A stretch of DNA of 56,590 nt from Cyclobacteriaceae bacterium (GTDB lineage: Bacteria; Bacteroidota; Bacteroidia; Cytophagales; Cyclobacteriaceae). The position numbers and the translations under genes were made by a program. The stretch is taken from the NCBI GenBank assembly GCA_043779775.1, contig JAYWDP010000395.1:1-56590 (forward strand), given 5' to 3'. The notes under the pieces were generated by a model. It was given only the letters and a program-made list of their open reading frames with translations, was not told where the DNA came from and did no database searches. Shown in pieces: positions 55,897-56,590 of this stretch (position 1 is the first letter of the stretch; each line of letters starts with the position of its first letter).

Positions 55897-56590
55897 ATGG
55901 GAAAACCAACAGGATTTTTAGAAGAACCCCGCGAACTCCCGAAAAAACGGGATGTGACGCAACGCCTCCGGGATTACCAGGAAGTGGAAGGCATCATCGA
56001 TGAAAAAATTACCGTAAAGCAGGCAGGACGTTGTATGGACTGCGGCACCCCTTTCTGTCATCACGGTTGTCCATTAGGAAATAATATTCCTGAATTTAAT
56101 GATGCCGCCTACCAGGGCAACTGGAAATTAGCCTACGAAATCCTAACCTCCACCAACAATTTCCCGGAATTTACCGGGCGTATCTGCCCTGCTCCCTGTG
56201 AAACCTCCTGTGTGCTCAGCATCAACAAGCCTGCCGTGGCCATTGAGTATATAGAGAAGTCAATTATTGAAAAAGCTTTTGCCGAGGGATATGTCACACC
56301 GCGGGTCCCTTCTTATCGCACCGGAAAAAAAGTTGCTGTTGTTGGTTCGGGTCCTGCAGGATTGGCAGCGGCATCCCAACTAAATACTGCAGGCCATACC
56401 GTCACTGTTTTTGAAAGGTCCGATGAAGTGGGCGGACTTCTCCGCTACGGCATACCGGATTTCAAACTGGACAAATCCATATTGCTCCGGAGAATAAAAT
56501 TGATGGAGGAAGAAGGGATTTCATTCAAAACAAATGCAAATGTGGGGGTGACCATTCCCATGAAACATCTGCACGAAGAGTTTGATGCCA
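55897..56590 (+). CDS. gltD: Glutamate synthase small subunit, 3'-truncated by the window edge
   Basis: [45 protein letters not shown] and GGLLRYGIP. Not in the ORF track because there is no stop in the window. Confidence 0.97.
   Translation, partial: MGKPTGFLEEPRELPKKRDVTQRLRDYQEVEGIIDEKITVKQAGRCMDCGTPFCHHGCPLGNNIPEFNDAAYQGNWKLAYEILTSTNNFPEFTGRICPAPCETSCVLSINKPAVAIEYIEKSIIEKAFAEGYVTPRVPSYRTGKKVAVVGSGPAGLAAASQLNTAGHTVTVFERSDEVGGLLRYGIPDFKLDKSILLRRIKLMEEEGISFKTNANVGVTIPMKHLHEEFDA

Noticed and set aside
1-56590. CRISPR array, rRNA, tRNA, intact IS/integrase, reverse transcriptase
   Set aside because: No regularly spaced repeat-spacer series, cloverleaf or rRNA-like tract was seen, and no ORF has transposase, integrase or RT motifs.

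Overview
A 56.6 kb chromosomal window from a Bacteroidota genome, probably Cytophagales. This is inferred from TAnnTTTG -7 promoter boxes, AT-rich leaders without Shine-Dalgarno motifs, and the gene families present. Core genes are tpiA, serC-serA-DUF1015, coaX, gltB-gltD, a Cys/Met PLP enzyme, a Ser/Thr dehydratase-family enzyme, and an envelope block (AsmA, two OmpA proteins, a PlpD-like patatin, an M23 peptidase, DsbD-like and LolA-like proteins). Accessory patches lie at about 1-3.4, 16.3-21.4 and 25.4-31.5 kb. I found no rRNA, tRNA, CRISPR array or intact transposase. The most interesting items: (1) a putative cysteine protease-patatin-sphingomyelinase D-like operon whose last gene is collapsed by an internal deletion; (2) serC-serA followed by DUF1015, which has a ParB/Srx-type DGHHR motif and sits where serB might be expected; (3) a sodium:solute symporter paired with myo-inositol oxygenase; (4) a DUF6702-HupE/UreJ-tandem M1 peptidase module; (5) many short palindromic and heptamer repeats, some nested, one pair bracketing a gene, and one set in frame inside dsbD; (6) several collapsed or chimeric gene remnants. 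All family assignments come from motif recognition by eye; no database searches were run.
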